Shown: positions 46,824-55,356 of the stretch, in pieces
Numbering within the stretch: position 1 is the first letter of the stretch
Layout: every line of letters starts with the position of its first letter
Sequence record: OR791690.1
Length of the DNA: 55,571 nucleotides
Direction: 5' to 3' (one strand)
Source of the DNA: Escherichia phage vB_EcoM_JL1
Notes under the pieces: generated by a model
Told to the model about the DNA's origin: nothing
Database searches by the model: none
Seen by the model: only the letters and a program-made list of their open reading frames with translations
Translations under genes and position numbers: made by a program

Positions 46824-47741
46824 TTACAGCTTCTTGATAAGCTCTGCGGATTTGCTTGCGGCAGCTTTCATTTCATCGCGTACGGCTTTAACAACTGTTG
46901 CCTTGTCCACACGAATGTTGCAGTTGCCTATTGCAATCTTGCCATCTTCTGTCGGTGCAAGTTGCTGTAAGTCCAGCATTTGCTCTAGCTTTTGCAGAAG
47001 AATACGCTGTGCTTCGATTGCATTTTGAATATTTAAAGTTTCCATTTTTGCTCTTACCTTTCTTGAATAGGTTCCATATAATGTCAGGCGCACTTGCAAA
47101 CCTTTTACACCATCATGGTCAATATTGACTTTATTGTATGGTGAGTATGGATGCTTGTACGTATTTGTAACAGTTGCCCAATTGCCCTTGTACCAAATAA
47201 CATCGCCAACTTCTACATCAGCACCTTTAACATCCTCTTCGTCTGAGAGTGGTTTCACTGCTTCCTCATATGGAAGGAATACTGGCTTTATTTGAGTATC
47301 GAACTTCACCGTAGGAGTTTCCTGTGCTGGTGGCGTATTAACAATGTGGACTATGCGGTTGGGTGAAAAGTCAAAGTATCCTGTTACATGGGTTAATCGA
47401 ACCACATTTTCAGGTATTTCCCCAAGGTCTTTAACTTCCTTTATCTCAAAGAATCTGATTCCGTAAGATAAGATGTTTCCAGGTCGTACTTCATGCGCCA
47501 ATACTGCACGGGTTGTGGTAGGCTTTGTAAAAGATTCTGTAGTGGGACGTTTTTCCAATACTCTGACTATACGGCCCAACTCAAAATTAAAGAACCCGCC
47601 AGAGTGTTGTAGCTGAACTACATCACTAAGTCTGTTGATGTGTACAATCGGATACCCTCTACCATCATGAAATACAACATCGCCAGTTTTAACCAAATTG
47701 GCAGGTAATTCGACAACCTTATTGTCCATGATATTCCTCAC
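46824..47741 (-). CDS. Hypothetical protein with internal repeats
   Basis: 305 aa; repeated GDVVFHDGRGYPIV / GDVIWYKGNWATV-type segments. Confidence 0.5.
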   Translation of the reverse strand: MRNIMDNKVVELPANLVKTGDVVFHDGRGYPIVHINRLSDVVQLQHSGGFFNFELGRIVRVLEKRPTTESFTKPTTTRAVLAHEVRPGNILSYGIRFFEIKEVKDLGEIPENVVRLTHVTGYFDFSPNRIVHIVNTPPAQETPTVKFDTQIKPVFLPYEEAVKPLSDEEDVKGADVEVGDVIWYKGNWATVTNTYKHPYSPYNKVNIDHDGVKGLQVRLTLYGTYSRKVRAKMETLNIQNAIEAQRILLQKLEQMLDLQQLAPTEDGKIAIGNCNIRVDKATVVKAVRDEMKAAASKSAELIKKL

Positions 47742-47850
47742 GCATTGCTGAACAGTGCTTACACACCCAAATGGTTACATAATTGTTTTCGTGTGAAATT
47801 TCCCAATTATGTAGCCCTATAAAACATAAAATTTTCATAGGGCATCTCCA

Positions 47851-48222
47851 TTAGAACGGAATGTCGTCGTCGAAGTCTTTCGGTTCGTTCGGGTTATAGT
47901 TGCTCTGCTGTTGCTGGGTAGGTGCTTGCTGTTGTGCAGAAGGTTGCTGGCGTTGCTGTTGCTGTTGAGCGGCAGCTTGAGGTTGAGCTTTAGCTTTAGC
48001 TTTCTCTTCACGCTTACGCATCATTTCATCAACCTGTTCCTGAGTCATGATGGTTAATGCAAGTGAGGTAAACTCATTACCATTTGCTTGCTTGTTCCAG
48101 CCAGACACCCAATACCAGATTCCGTCAACGTTAATACGCCCACGAATGTCGGGATGTTTTGGGTCTTTCTTGAAGCCGTTAGGACCGATGATGCCAGTGT
48201 TTACATCTGAATATTGTTCCAT
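47851..48222 (-). CDS. Small protein with SSB-like linker and C-terminal tip (...NEPKDFDDDIPF)
   Basis: C-terminal 25 aa closely resemble the E. coli SSB tail (Q-rich linker, DFDDDIPF); N-terminal ~70 aa unrelated to the SSB OB fold. Confidence 0.6.
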   Translation of the reverse strand: MEQYSDVNTGIIGPNGFKKDPKHPDIRGRINVDGIWYWVSGWNKQANGNEFTSLALTIMTQEQVDEMMRKREEKAKAKAQPQAAAQQQQQRQQPSAQQQAPTQQQQSNYNPNEPKDFDDDIPF

Positions 48223-48295
48223 GATTAAGATTCTCTTAAGTTAATTACAGTTTAAGTTTCAGTGACATTGCTAACCACGGAATAGCTTTGTCCCT

Positions 48296-48315
48296 CTTCA
48301 AATCCAACTAATGTT
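48296..48315 (-). promoter_or_regulatory. Phage-promoter-like conserved motif (copy P10)
   Basis: plus cttcaaatccaactaatgtt; shares ~30 nt with P11. Confidence 0.45.
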
Positions 48316-48354
48316 AGATTAATCAGGAACACTCAATGAATGCTCCTTGTTAAT

Positions 48355-48666
48355 TTAACGTTGCTTCTTCGCCCACTCTATTGCGGCCATTATTGTATCG
48401 CCATGACAGCGTGCTGGGGCACACCAACAAACTAAATCTTTGCCATCTAATGCCAGCAAATCATCTATTGTTACTTCACCAGATTTAATTTGTTTCCACA
48501 AATACTTGCGATACTCTTCGCACACGTAGTCTCTCTGACTTTCTTTAAACATTTTAAAAGGATTGTGGAATTTCTTGTTTCCAGCGATTCCCTTCATATC
48601 TCGACCGATATATACTGCGTTGTTGTGAACACCTTTAACTTTCGAATAGTTCAAAACTCTTGCCAT
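48355..48666 (-). CDS. DUF4326-like protein
   Basis: C-terminal DLVCWCAPARCHGD motif; ATG at 48666 with GGAG RBS (track start 48696). Confidence 0.5.
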   Translation of the reverse strand: MARVLNYSKVKGVHNNAVYIGRDMKGIAGNKKFHNPFKMFKESQRDYVCEEYRKYLWKQIKSGEVTIDDLLALDGKDLVCWCAPARCHGDTIMAAIEWAKKQR

Positions 48667-48685
48667 CTTTATTCTCCAATTATTA

Positions 48686-48704
48686 CTCACAATCAACTAA
48701 TGTT
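48686..48704 (-). promoter_or_regulatory. Phage-promoter-like conserved motif (copy P11), ~20 nt upstream of gene start
   Basis: plus ctcacaatcaactaatgtt. Confidence 0.45.
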
Positions 48705-48744
48705 AGATTAATCATGGACACCTACAGGAGATGCCCATTGTTAA

Positions 48745-49032
48745 TCACATAGATTTGGAAATAGGAATTGGGTCGATTGATGATTCAGGTTTATACCAAC
48801 TAACTTCACCAGAATCTTTCACAAGTTCCCAATTATCGGAGAATGTACGATAACATAAATTGCGGTTATCGTCATTAACGACAAAACCCAAAGGAGATTG
48901 AATATACGCACCGAGTGTACCGTTGTTACGAGGAACTCCGTCACCACGACCTGCGACGATTTTGTACTTCTTACCGTAGGTAAAGCTGTAATTTGTTTTA
49001 CCAACATAACGTAAGATTGAATTTTTGTTCAT
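48745..49032 (-). CDS. Hypothetical protein
   Basis: 95 aa. Confidence 0.45.
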   Translation of the reverse strand: MNKNSILRYVGKTNYSFTYGKKYKIVAGRGDGVPRNNGTLGAYIQSPLGFVVNDDNRNLCYRTFSDNWELVKDSGEVSWYKPESSIDPIPISKSM

Positions 49033-49262
49033 TGCTTTAGTTTCTCCAAAGCTTCTAAGACTGAGTTTCCAGAACCACTAATTACAAGCGTCTCTTCTGG
49101 AATGTTCAAGGATATGTAAGAGAACGTCCACTTTACAATTGTCTTTTGGGCGAAATACGAATACTTGTCAGACAATTCAATATCCTGTCTGGCATCATTT
49201 AGCAAGAACTCCCGCCCATTTATAGAGAGTCGCTTAAACATTTCTATGTAATTCTTACCCAC
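49029..49262 (-). CDS. Hypothetical protein
   Basis: 77 aa. Confidence 0.45.
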   Translation of the reverse strand: MGKNYIEMFKRLSINGREFLLNDARQDIELSDKYSYFAQKTIVKWTFSYISLNIPEETLVISGSGNSVLEALEKLKQ

Positions 49263-49545
49263 GTTTCACCTTCTCCCACTTGGATAAGCCGCCTTCGAGG
49301 TTGAAGATACGGTTGCAACCAGATTCGTCTTTAATGACAAACTGAGTTCCGGTTAATTGAATTGGCTCAAGTGCACCGAATATCACCTTAGGACCAGACA
49401 AGCTGGTGGCAAGAACTTCATATGCTTTGCTTGGGCAAATGTCAAAAGCAAAGTCACGAGTGTAAACTAAGTCACCAACTTTTAAGTATGCTGGCAACAA
49501 GCGACCTGTGGCTGGGTCACGTTGTAAACGAGTACGTTGTTTCAT
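49255..49545 (-). CDS. Hypothetical protein
   Basis: 96 aa. Confidence 0.45.
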   Translation of the reverse strand: MKQRTRLQRDPATGRLLPAYLKVGDLVYTRDFAFDICPSKAYEVLATSLSGPKVIFGALEPIQLTGTQFVIKDESGCNRIFNLEGGLSKWEKVKRG

Positions 49546-49608
49546 AAATGCTCCAAGTTAATTAATAATATTCAGCAACCACTCTCATTACAAAAGTGGT
49601 TGAGGAAA

Positions 49609-49815
49609 TTATTTAACTTCTTCCCAGGACCAGATACTGCCTTTTAACGGAACTTTTTCACCAATTCTCCAATATGGCCTTCCGTTTGCGTACGTTCGGT
49701 CGCCAATGTCCGAGATAATTATTAAGTTGCCTACAAGCTCTCCTCCAATCACGTCACCAACTTTCGGAGAGTGTTCAGACGAAGAAGTTGATTTAATACA
49801 TTTAAACTTTGTCAT
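49609..49815 (-). CDS. Hypothetical protein, paralogue of next gene
   Basis: starts MTKFKCIKS, like neighbour MKFKCVAS. Confidence 0.45.
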   Translation of the reverse strand: MTKFKCIKSTSSSEHSPKVGDVIGGELVGNLIIISDIGDRTYANGRPYWRIGEKVPLKGSIWSWEEVK

Positions 49816-50039
49816 TGCAATAAACCTTGTTCACAAATATCTGCAAATTCTGCTTCATGGTCACGCTGCCATGTCCAGAATGCACCATTCATAGGAACTA
49901 CAGCACCTTTACGGAATGCTGGAGAAACATTCTCAGCAGATTTAGTCACTTTAAATTCCAAAGGTGAGATAGCCTCACCCTCAACAATGAATCCAACTGG
50001 AACATAATCTTTGGTTGAAGCAACACATTTAAATTTCAT
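49812..50039 (-). CDS. Hypothetical protein, paralogue of previous gene
   Basis: likely start at internal ATG 50039 (MKFKCVAS...). Confidence 0.4.
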   Translation of the reverse strand: MKFKCVASTKDYVPVGFIVEGEAISPLEFKVTKSAENVSPAFRKGAVVPMNGAFWTWQRDHEAEFADICEQGLLQ

Positions 50040-50292
50040 GATATAAAACACCGATTTCAGATTTAAGATTAAATTCACGAAAGAAATCCATTGTTACAAA
50101 ACGGATTTTACCTTCATCATCAACTACGTTACAGGAGATTTCGGAGTGGACCATACGGCCCAACTTCAAAGCAACTTCTGACAGGTTTGCTTCACCAGTG
50201 CCAGAAATAACTTCATAGATTTTATATGGTGTAAAGCCGCTTAAAGAGTTATTACGGCTTGGGACAATCATCATGCCTGTTCTAGTAGCCAT
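50029..50292 (-). CDS. Hypothetical protein
   Basis: 87 aa. Confidence 0.45.
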   Translation of the reverse strand: MATRTGMMIVPSRNNSLSGFTPYKIYEVISGTGEANLSEVALKLGRMVHSEISCNVVDDEGKIRFVTMDFFREFNLKSEIGVLYHEI

Positions 50293-50310
50293 AATAACTC
50301 CTAAGTTTGA

Positions 50311-50619
50311 TTATTTGGTTGATTCTGCTGGTGGCTTCATGTCTTCAATTTGTTGAAGTGCGTCTGCCAACTGTTCTTGGAGCTTGTTCTTCTGCTCCAT
50401 CAATTCATCGTAGGCGTTTTGTTCTGCCTCACGAAGTTCACGAAGAGTGTCAATTGTTTCATTAGCCTGAGACAACTGCTCTTCAACAAGATTGATGTGG
50501 TCCATTACAAAAGCCAACAGACTCACATCAACACGCATATATGCAATTACATCAGCATTTTCCGGAATGGAATTCTTAGCAACATTTGCAATATTTGAGA
50601 ATTCGAGTAAAGAAGCCAT
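50311..50619 (-). CDS. Hypothetical acidic coiled-coil protein
   Basis: 102 aa. Confidence 0.45.
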   Translation of the reverse strand: MASLLEFSNIANVAKNSIPENADVIAYMRVDVSLLAFVMDHINLVEEQLSQANETIDTLRELREAEQNAYDELMEQKNKLQEQLADALQQIEDMKPPAESTK

Positions 50620-50633
50620 TTAATTACCTTAGT

Positions 50634-50714
50634 TTAGATTATGAAGCTGCCCACAACGAGCAGCACCAAAGGGAACATTAAAGCACAGAATACTAATTTC
50701 TTGATAATAGACAT
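50634..50714 (-). CDS. Small hydrophobic peptide (26 aa)
   Basis: MSIIKKLVFCALMFPLVLLVVGSFII; start overlaps upstream stop (TAATG); below ORF-track length cutoff. Confidence 0.35.
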   Translation of the reverse strand: MSIIKKLVFCALMFPLVLLVVGSFII

Positions 50715-50887
50715 TATTTCACCAGGAAGTAGAGAGCAATCAGGAATCCAACACATGCAATGATTGTTGGCATATAATTATCAATTTTACGATATTGACG
50801 TTCGACTGGCTTCTTGCCTTTGATGGCATCCATCAGTTCTTGATGATTTATTTGCTGCATGAATGTGTTGAATTGCTGGTCGTTCAT
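50714..50887 (-). CDS. Small membrane protein (57 aa)
   Basis: GGAGG RBS; C-terminal hydrophobic helix IIACVGFLIALYFLV. Confidence 0.4.
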   Translation of the reverse strand: MNDQQFNTFMQQINHQELMDAIKGKKPVERQYRKIDNYMPTIIACVGFLIALYFLVK

Positions 50888-50900
50888 TTTGCCTCCGGAA

Positions 50901-51068
50901 TTAATACAACACGTTTCTACAGAACTTTAGGATTTCGCCCGCTTTCTTAACTTCTTTGGCAACAGTTCGCGCAGGTAGTCGGGAAAATCGTTTCTCCTGA
51001 CGCTTTACTGTAGCGTAGCTAAATCCGAAATGTAGGCTGTACATTGCTGACTCTAGAATCTTGCTCAT
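50901..51068 (-). CDS. Small protein (55 aa)
   Basis: GGAG RBS; ATGA overlap with upstream ORF. Confidence 0.35.
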   Translation of the reverse strand: MSKILESAMYSLHFGFSYATVKRQEKRFSRLPARTVAKEVKKAGEILKFCRNVLY

Positions 51069-51229
51069 TTAACACTCCAATTGCCAAATACCAGATTAAC
51101 GATTTTGGCCACCTTACGTGCTGGCATACGAGGATTTGCAGCTCTTGCCAATTTCTTAGCCTTACGCTTTGAAGCACCGTACATAGCCATATACGTGACC
51201 GTTTTGGTCATATATTTTAATTTCTTCAT
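51065..51229 (-). CDS. Small basic protein (54 aa)
   Basis: Lys/Arg-rich; ATGA overlap with stop of 51226..51492. Confidence 0.35.
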   Translation of the reverse strand: MKKLKYMTKTVTYMAMYGASKRKAKKLARAANPRMPARKVAKIVNLVFGNWSVK

Positions 51230-51492
51230 TTTAAGTGTGGCCCACCTTCCATAAAGCTGGACATGAAATTGTTTGTGATGCCTCGGATTACCTTATCTGT
51301 GAGAACATCTTCATAAAACTGTTTGTTAGTGATTTCAATACCAAACTCCTCCTTGATACGAACCACTAACTCATTTGTTGAAACATCAATCCAACCACCG
51401 TAGTTGACAACCAAACGCTCTTGGATGAATTCAATCTTTTCTTCATAGGAGGCCAGCTCGATTAAGTCAGGCTTCAATTTAAACTGTGTCAC
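51226..51492 (-). CDS. Hypothetical protein
   Basis: 88 aa. Confidence 0.45.
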   Translation of the reverse strand: MTQFKLKPDLIELASYEEKIEFIQERLVVNYGGWIDVSTNELVVRIKEEFGIEITNKQFYEDVLTDKVIRGITNNFMSSFMEGGPHLK

Positions 51493-51677
51493 TTGGCCCC
51501 CAGAATTTGGCTTAATGAACTGAACACGATTTCCTCATGTTCGTCAGGTGTACATGCATTGATGTATTCAAAGTCGTAACCAACAAACTTCTCCGCCCAC
51601 TGTTGCAAACGAAGTAAAGAATTGAAGTACAATCTTTGCTCCACACCATTTAACTTAAAGTAGACGATGAAGTCCAT
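51489..51677 (-). CDS. Hypothetical protein
   Basis: 62 aa. Confidence 0.4.
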   Translation of the reverse strand: MDFIVYFKLNGVEQRLYFNSLLRLQQWAEKFVGYDFEYINACTPDEHEEIVFSSLSQILGAK

Positions 51678-51692
51678 GTTTACTCCTATGTA

Positions 51693-51911
51693 TTAAACTT
51701 CAATTGGCTCTTGAACTAAATCAGAGGCTGAGATTTCTTTAAACTCCTCCTCGGTAAAAGTTCTCTCATTGTCATTTAATAAAACACCAATGTTAGAATC
51801 ACCAACGAATACAGCATTTACATTAATGTCATCTTCCAAAACTTTTTGCAGGTGTTCTCCACCACGCGTAAAGAAGATTGCACCATCTTCCAAATCTTTA
51901 AAACGAGTCAT
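51693..51911 (-). CDS. Hypothetical protein, first gene after the control region
   Basis: AGGAG RBS; preceded by hairpin. Confidence 0.45.
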   Translation of the reverse strand: MTRFKDLEDGAIFFTRGGEHLQKVLEDDINVNAVFVGDSNIGVLLNDNERTFTEEEFKEISASDLVQEPIEV

Positions 51912-51932
51912 TTTATTCTCCTAAGTTAAAAG

Positions 51933-51960
51933 AAATAGCCCACAAGATTGCAGGCTATTT
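51933..51960 (-). promoter_or_regulatory. 5' leader hairpin (terminator-like) just upstream of first early gene RBS
   Basis: minus AATAGCC-N12-GGCTATT followed by TCTTTT then AGGAG and ATG. Confidence 0.3.
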
Positions 51961-52052
51961 GTGACACAGCAAGTGCCGAAGAACTACAATGATTAGCTTG
52001 GAGACATAATCTCTCTAAAATCTGTCACAGAATTTACAGAGATTTGGTCTTA

Positions 52053-52070
52053 TTCACATGCAACTAATCG
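52053..52070 (-). promoter_or_regulatory. Degenerate copy of phage-promoter-like motif (P12)
   Basis: plus ttcacatgcaactaatcg. Confidence 0.25.
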
Positions 52071-52259
52071 AAATAATGACGCGCCAATCTAATACAATAT
52101 TACCCCGCCAAATGAGATAAATTGCAGCAGATTGGCACGAACATTTGTAGCACTGGAGTTCTGTAGAAGCAGCCAACTTGTTTGTATTTGGCACAAACAG
52201 TTGAATACCTATGTACAGAAAACCGACCATTTAATTAATAAACTAAATGATTTAAATAA

Positions 52260-52520
52260 AGGGTTTTATCCCAATATTGTCACAATATTACATGCGATGA
52301 TAAAGCCTTCGCTTGGCTGGAAGCCAGTATTCATGCGGGTTGCAAGAATATTGGGTTAAATACTACATGCGAATTTGGCACAAATACTGTTACAAAATTA
52401 ACATGCCAGATTGGTAGACGATTGTATCTTCGAGGTGATTAGTCCTCTAACAATTCTGCCACATTCCAACATGCCAATTTGTAGCAATATTTACATGCCA
52501 TACTGCGACAATATTGTCAC
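52260..52520 (-). repeat. Cluster of short repeats in the control region
   Basis: at least five minus-strand copies of YGGCATGTWAATATTG-like motif and two AATATTGTCACAATATT near-palindromes; no ORF. Confidence 0.5.
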
Positions 52521-52992
52521 AATATTTGTTGCTCAAAATCGGGGCGGCAAACGATATTAAATTCGATGCTTTGTCCGACTTCTTCTCTTCTTTCGAATTC
52601 TGATTGAAAGAAAGAAGCATGTCCAAAAGTTCCAATATTACAAAGTTATCTCCCGGCTTGTGGGTGGGCCTTTATAATAGGAGATGGAGCAATATTGTTG
52701 CAATTGAACATGCTTTAGTTGAAGAACAGTTTCGAATGGTAATCCTACTTCACACATGGTTGTTGGAACTTTGTCCGGCCAAAGACAGGGAGTTCAATGA
52801 TTGCCACATCATTACAACACTGTATGTTTAGTTGACATGCTGAAATGTTTCTAGAATGATTTCAACATGACATGCGGAATACTTCTCCGTATTCTGTTAC
52901 TTCACATCCAACTAATGTTACAGGTGGCTACAATATTGAAGCCAGCTCTAAGATTAATTGAAACAAGAAAAGGGAGCCGAAGCTCCCAAATA

Positions 52993-53193
52993 TCAGAACG
53001 GTATCTCTGTATCGAAATAACCAGAATTGTGCAAATATGCATGCAGTAATACATGCGACTCTTGTTTATATTCTGCTAACAACTCTAAGAAGTCTTTAGT
53101 CTCCTCCACTGTAGGACGAGATAAGTTGCTCATGTCACAGGTGTGATGAGGGTTGAAACAGTTTTCGATTTGATTGATTTGCATGGTATTCAT
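52993..53193 (-). CDS. Copy of 417..617 (small protein ending DTEIPF)
   Basis: sequence identity with 417..617. Confidence 0.5.
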   Translation of the reverse strand: MNTMQINQIENCFNPHHTCDMSNLSRPTVEETKDFLELLAEYKQESHVLLHAYLHNSGYFDTEIPF

Positions 53194-53241
53194 TATAAGT
53201 CTCCAAGTTTGTGGTCATCCTTGACCAATTAGTGTTACTGA

Positions 53242-55356
53242 TTATTGACAGAAGTAGTAAGCGTGTTCGCTCATCAGAAGCTCTTCAGTTACGATGTTCT
53301 CATGATACATCTTGATGCCACCAAGTTGCTTAGACAGATTCTCGAATTGATTGTTGGTTACAAAGATTTCAACATATGCTGCACGAATAACTTCCATCAT
53401 ACGTGGAGCATCTGCCAAACAGCAACGGAAACAATCATGGATTGAAGTGAAGCCACGAAGACCAGCTTCTTTAGCTTTAACTGCAACAGTACGAGCAACA
53501 AGTGCATCAATGCCCTGAATGTAGTTAACAACGAAAGTACGCTTGAATTCTTCTTTAGTTGGATTGGATTCACGAATGGTCCAAGGCTTATTCTCCTGAA
53601 TCTGACCAAAGATAACACGAGTTTGGGAGTCAACACGAATGCTGAATGCCTCACAGATTTCACGAGATGGGAAGCAAGGCTTCATTACAACCTGACCATC
53701 AGTGTGACGATATGTGATGTACTCTTTACCAAGTTCAACACAACGGTTGTATGCAGCATCAGCAGCTTTCTCAATGAACATGTTAATCTTAGCACCCAAT
53801 GCGTTATGGATTGCTTCCACACACAGTTCAGCAAATGCCTCAGCTTTCTCCATAGGAATCTGGAGTGCTTCTGTCATGTAGCTGATGAAGTCAGAAGAAC
53901 CAGTCAATGCAGCTTTACCACCACCGTATTGGATAGCCATGTACGGAGTTTTGATAAACTTACGACCAGCTTTCGGATTCAAGAATTCATCCATGATTTC
54001 AGGAGATGGTTTCATTGAAGACTTGTCCAGCAGCTTCAACAGTTCACGAAGACTCAACTGGTATGGGTCAGATGCTTTAGTCTCAGAATCAACCAGACCT
54101 GTTGCACGAGCCATTTCCATATTACCAGCAATGAATGCCAGATATTGAGTACCAGAACATTTAGCATCTAAGCCAAAGCCTACACGAGAATCACATTCAC
54201 CTGTAGTCTCGAACTTGAACCAATCCAGAGCCAGACGAACATAAGTGAATGGCTTGGAAGGACGTTCAGCTTTAGGCATGTTCATCATGCGAGCAAGTGA
54301 ACCAGCTGGATTCTGAGCAACATAAGTTAAACGCTTAGCACTGCACCATTCACCACCAGAAATATCTTCCAGCTCTGCCATAAACATGTTGTATGCAATG
54401 GTAGTAGAACCATCTTCGTTAAACTTCTTAACGATGTTCTCAACATTGTGAGAATACAAGCAACGAGCAAAGTCAGATGATTGTGGGTTAGGACCAGCAC
54501 ATGCTACATGATACAGACGACCACGGTTATCAGCAAAGTAGTCAGAATACAGTGTGTCCTGATTCATCATTGCTACAGCATTGTTCCAAACATGGAGTTC
54601 AGTCTGGATTGCTTCTGGCATCTGCAAGCCACCATAGGTACGTTGTTCAAGCATGGACTGAATGATGCGAACCATCTCAGTCTCCACATGGTACTCAGTA
54701 TCTTGCAGGAATTCGATTGCAGCTTTCAGAGTTTTGGATGGCTTAACTTTGCCACCTTTAACGAAAGGCTTGCGACGAGATTCAGATGTAACACGCTCAG
54801 TGAATGGCACTGCGGTATCTTTGGTTGTAACCAGCTCAACCCATGTGTCAGTTTGTTGGAACGACTTATCTTCGTTCATGGTGATGAAGCCAAAGTGCTT
54901 AGCCAGGCCAATGAGGTTGATAGCTGGGTCAACATAGTGCATTGCTTTCAAATCATTGTTGTAACGGTTGGCATCAGCAATTGAAGCAGAAGCCAGCTCA
55001 ACCATTGCAATTGCAGGAACAACATCATCACGAGTGAATGAGGTCATCATCTTAAAGATTGCAAGAGCAGCAATAGCACAGGTCTGAGGTTGCATGTAGT
55101 TCTGTTTCTCTTTGGCACGATATACCAGAGCAGTGATAGCAGGGACAACGGATTTGATAGTTTGAGTTGAGATAGTTGCCATTTTGCGAGTCTCCAATTT
55201 AGTTTCGGTTTTAGTTTCGGATTGTGTAGCGGAGGTGATTTCATCTACCATCTGGTTGCAACGGTCCATCGTATCGAGCACGTCTTTCCAACCGTGGCCT
55301 TCTTCTTTTAAGCGAGCACCATCAGCAGCCAGTGTACGATATTCTTCATTAGTCAT
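53242..55356 (-). CDS. Copy of T7-like single-subunit RNA polymerase gene
   Basis: identical to 666..2780. Confidence 0.85.
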   Translation of the reverse strand: MTNEEYRTLAADGARLKEEGHGWKDVLDTMDRCNQMVDEITSATQSETKTETKLETRKMATISTQTIKSVVPAITALVYRAKEKQNYMQPQTCAIAALAIFKMMTSFTRDDVVPAIAMVELASASIADANRYNNDLKAMHYVDPAINLIGLAKHFGFITMNEDKSFQQTDTWVELVTTKDTAVPFTERVTSESRRKPFVKGGKVKPSKTLKAAIEFLQDTEYHVETEMVRIIQSMLEQRTYGGLQMPEAIQTELHVWNNAVAMMNQDTLYSDYFADNRGRLYHVACAGPNPQSSDFARCLYSHNVENIVKKFNEDGSTTIAYNMFMAELEDISGGEWCSAKRLTYVAQNPAGSLARMMNMPKAERPSKPFTYVRLALDWFKFETTGECDSRVGFGLDAKCSGTQYLAFIAGNMEMARATGLVDSETKASDPYQLSLRELLKLLDKSSMKPSPEIMDEFLNPKAGRKFIKTPYMAIQYGGGKAALTGSSDFISYMTEALQIPMEKAEAFAELCVEAIHNALGAKINMFIEKAADAAYNRCVELGKEYITYRHTDGQVVMKPCFPSREICEAFSIRVDSQTRVIFGQIQENKPWTIRESNPTKEEFKRTFVVNYIQGIDALVARTVAVKAKEAGLRGFTSIHDCFRCCLADAPRMMEVIRAAYVEIFVTNNQFENLSKQLGGIKMYHENIVTEELLMSEHAYYFCQ

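Noticed and set aside
52260-52520. TGGCATG motifs considered as sigma54 (-24/-12) promoters
   Set aside because: Distance from GG to the downstream GC element is about 2 nt too long for the sigma54 consensus
53242-55356. Second RNA polymerase gene as an independent paralogue
   Set aside because: It is base-for-base identical to 666..2780 as part of the window-end repeat, not a diverged second gene
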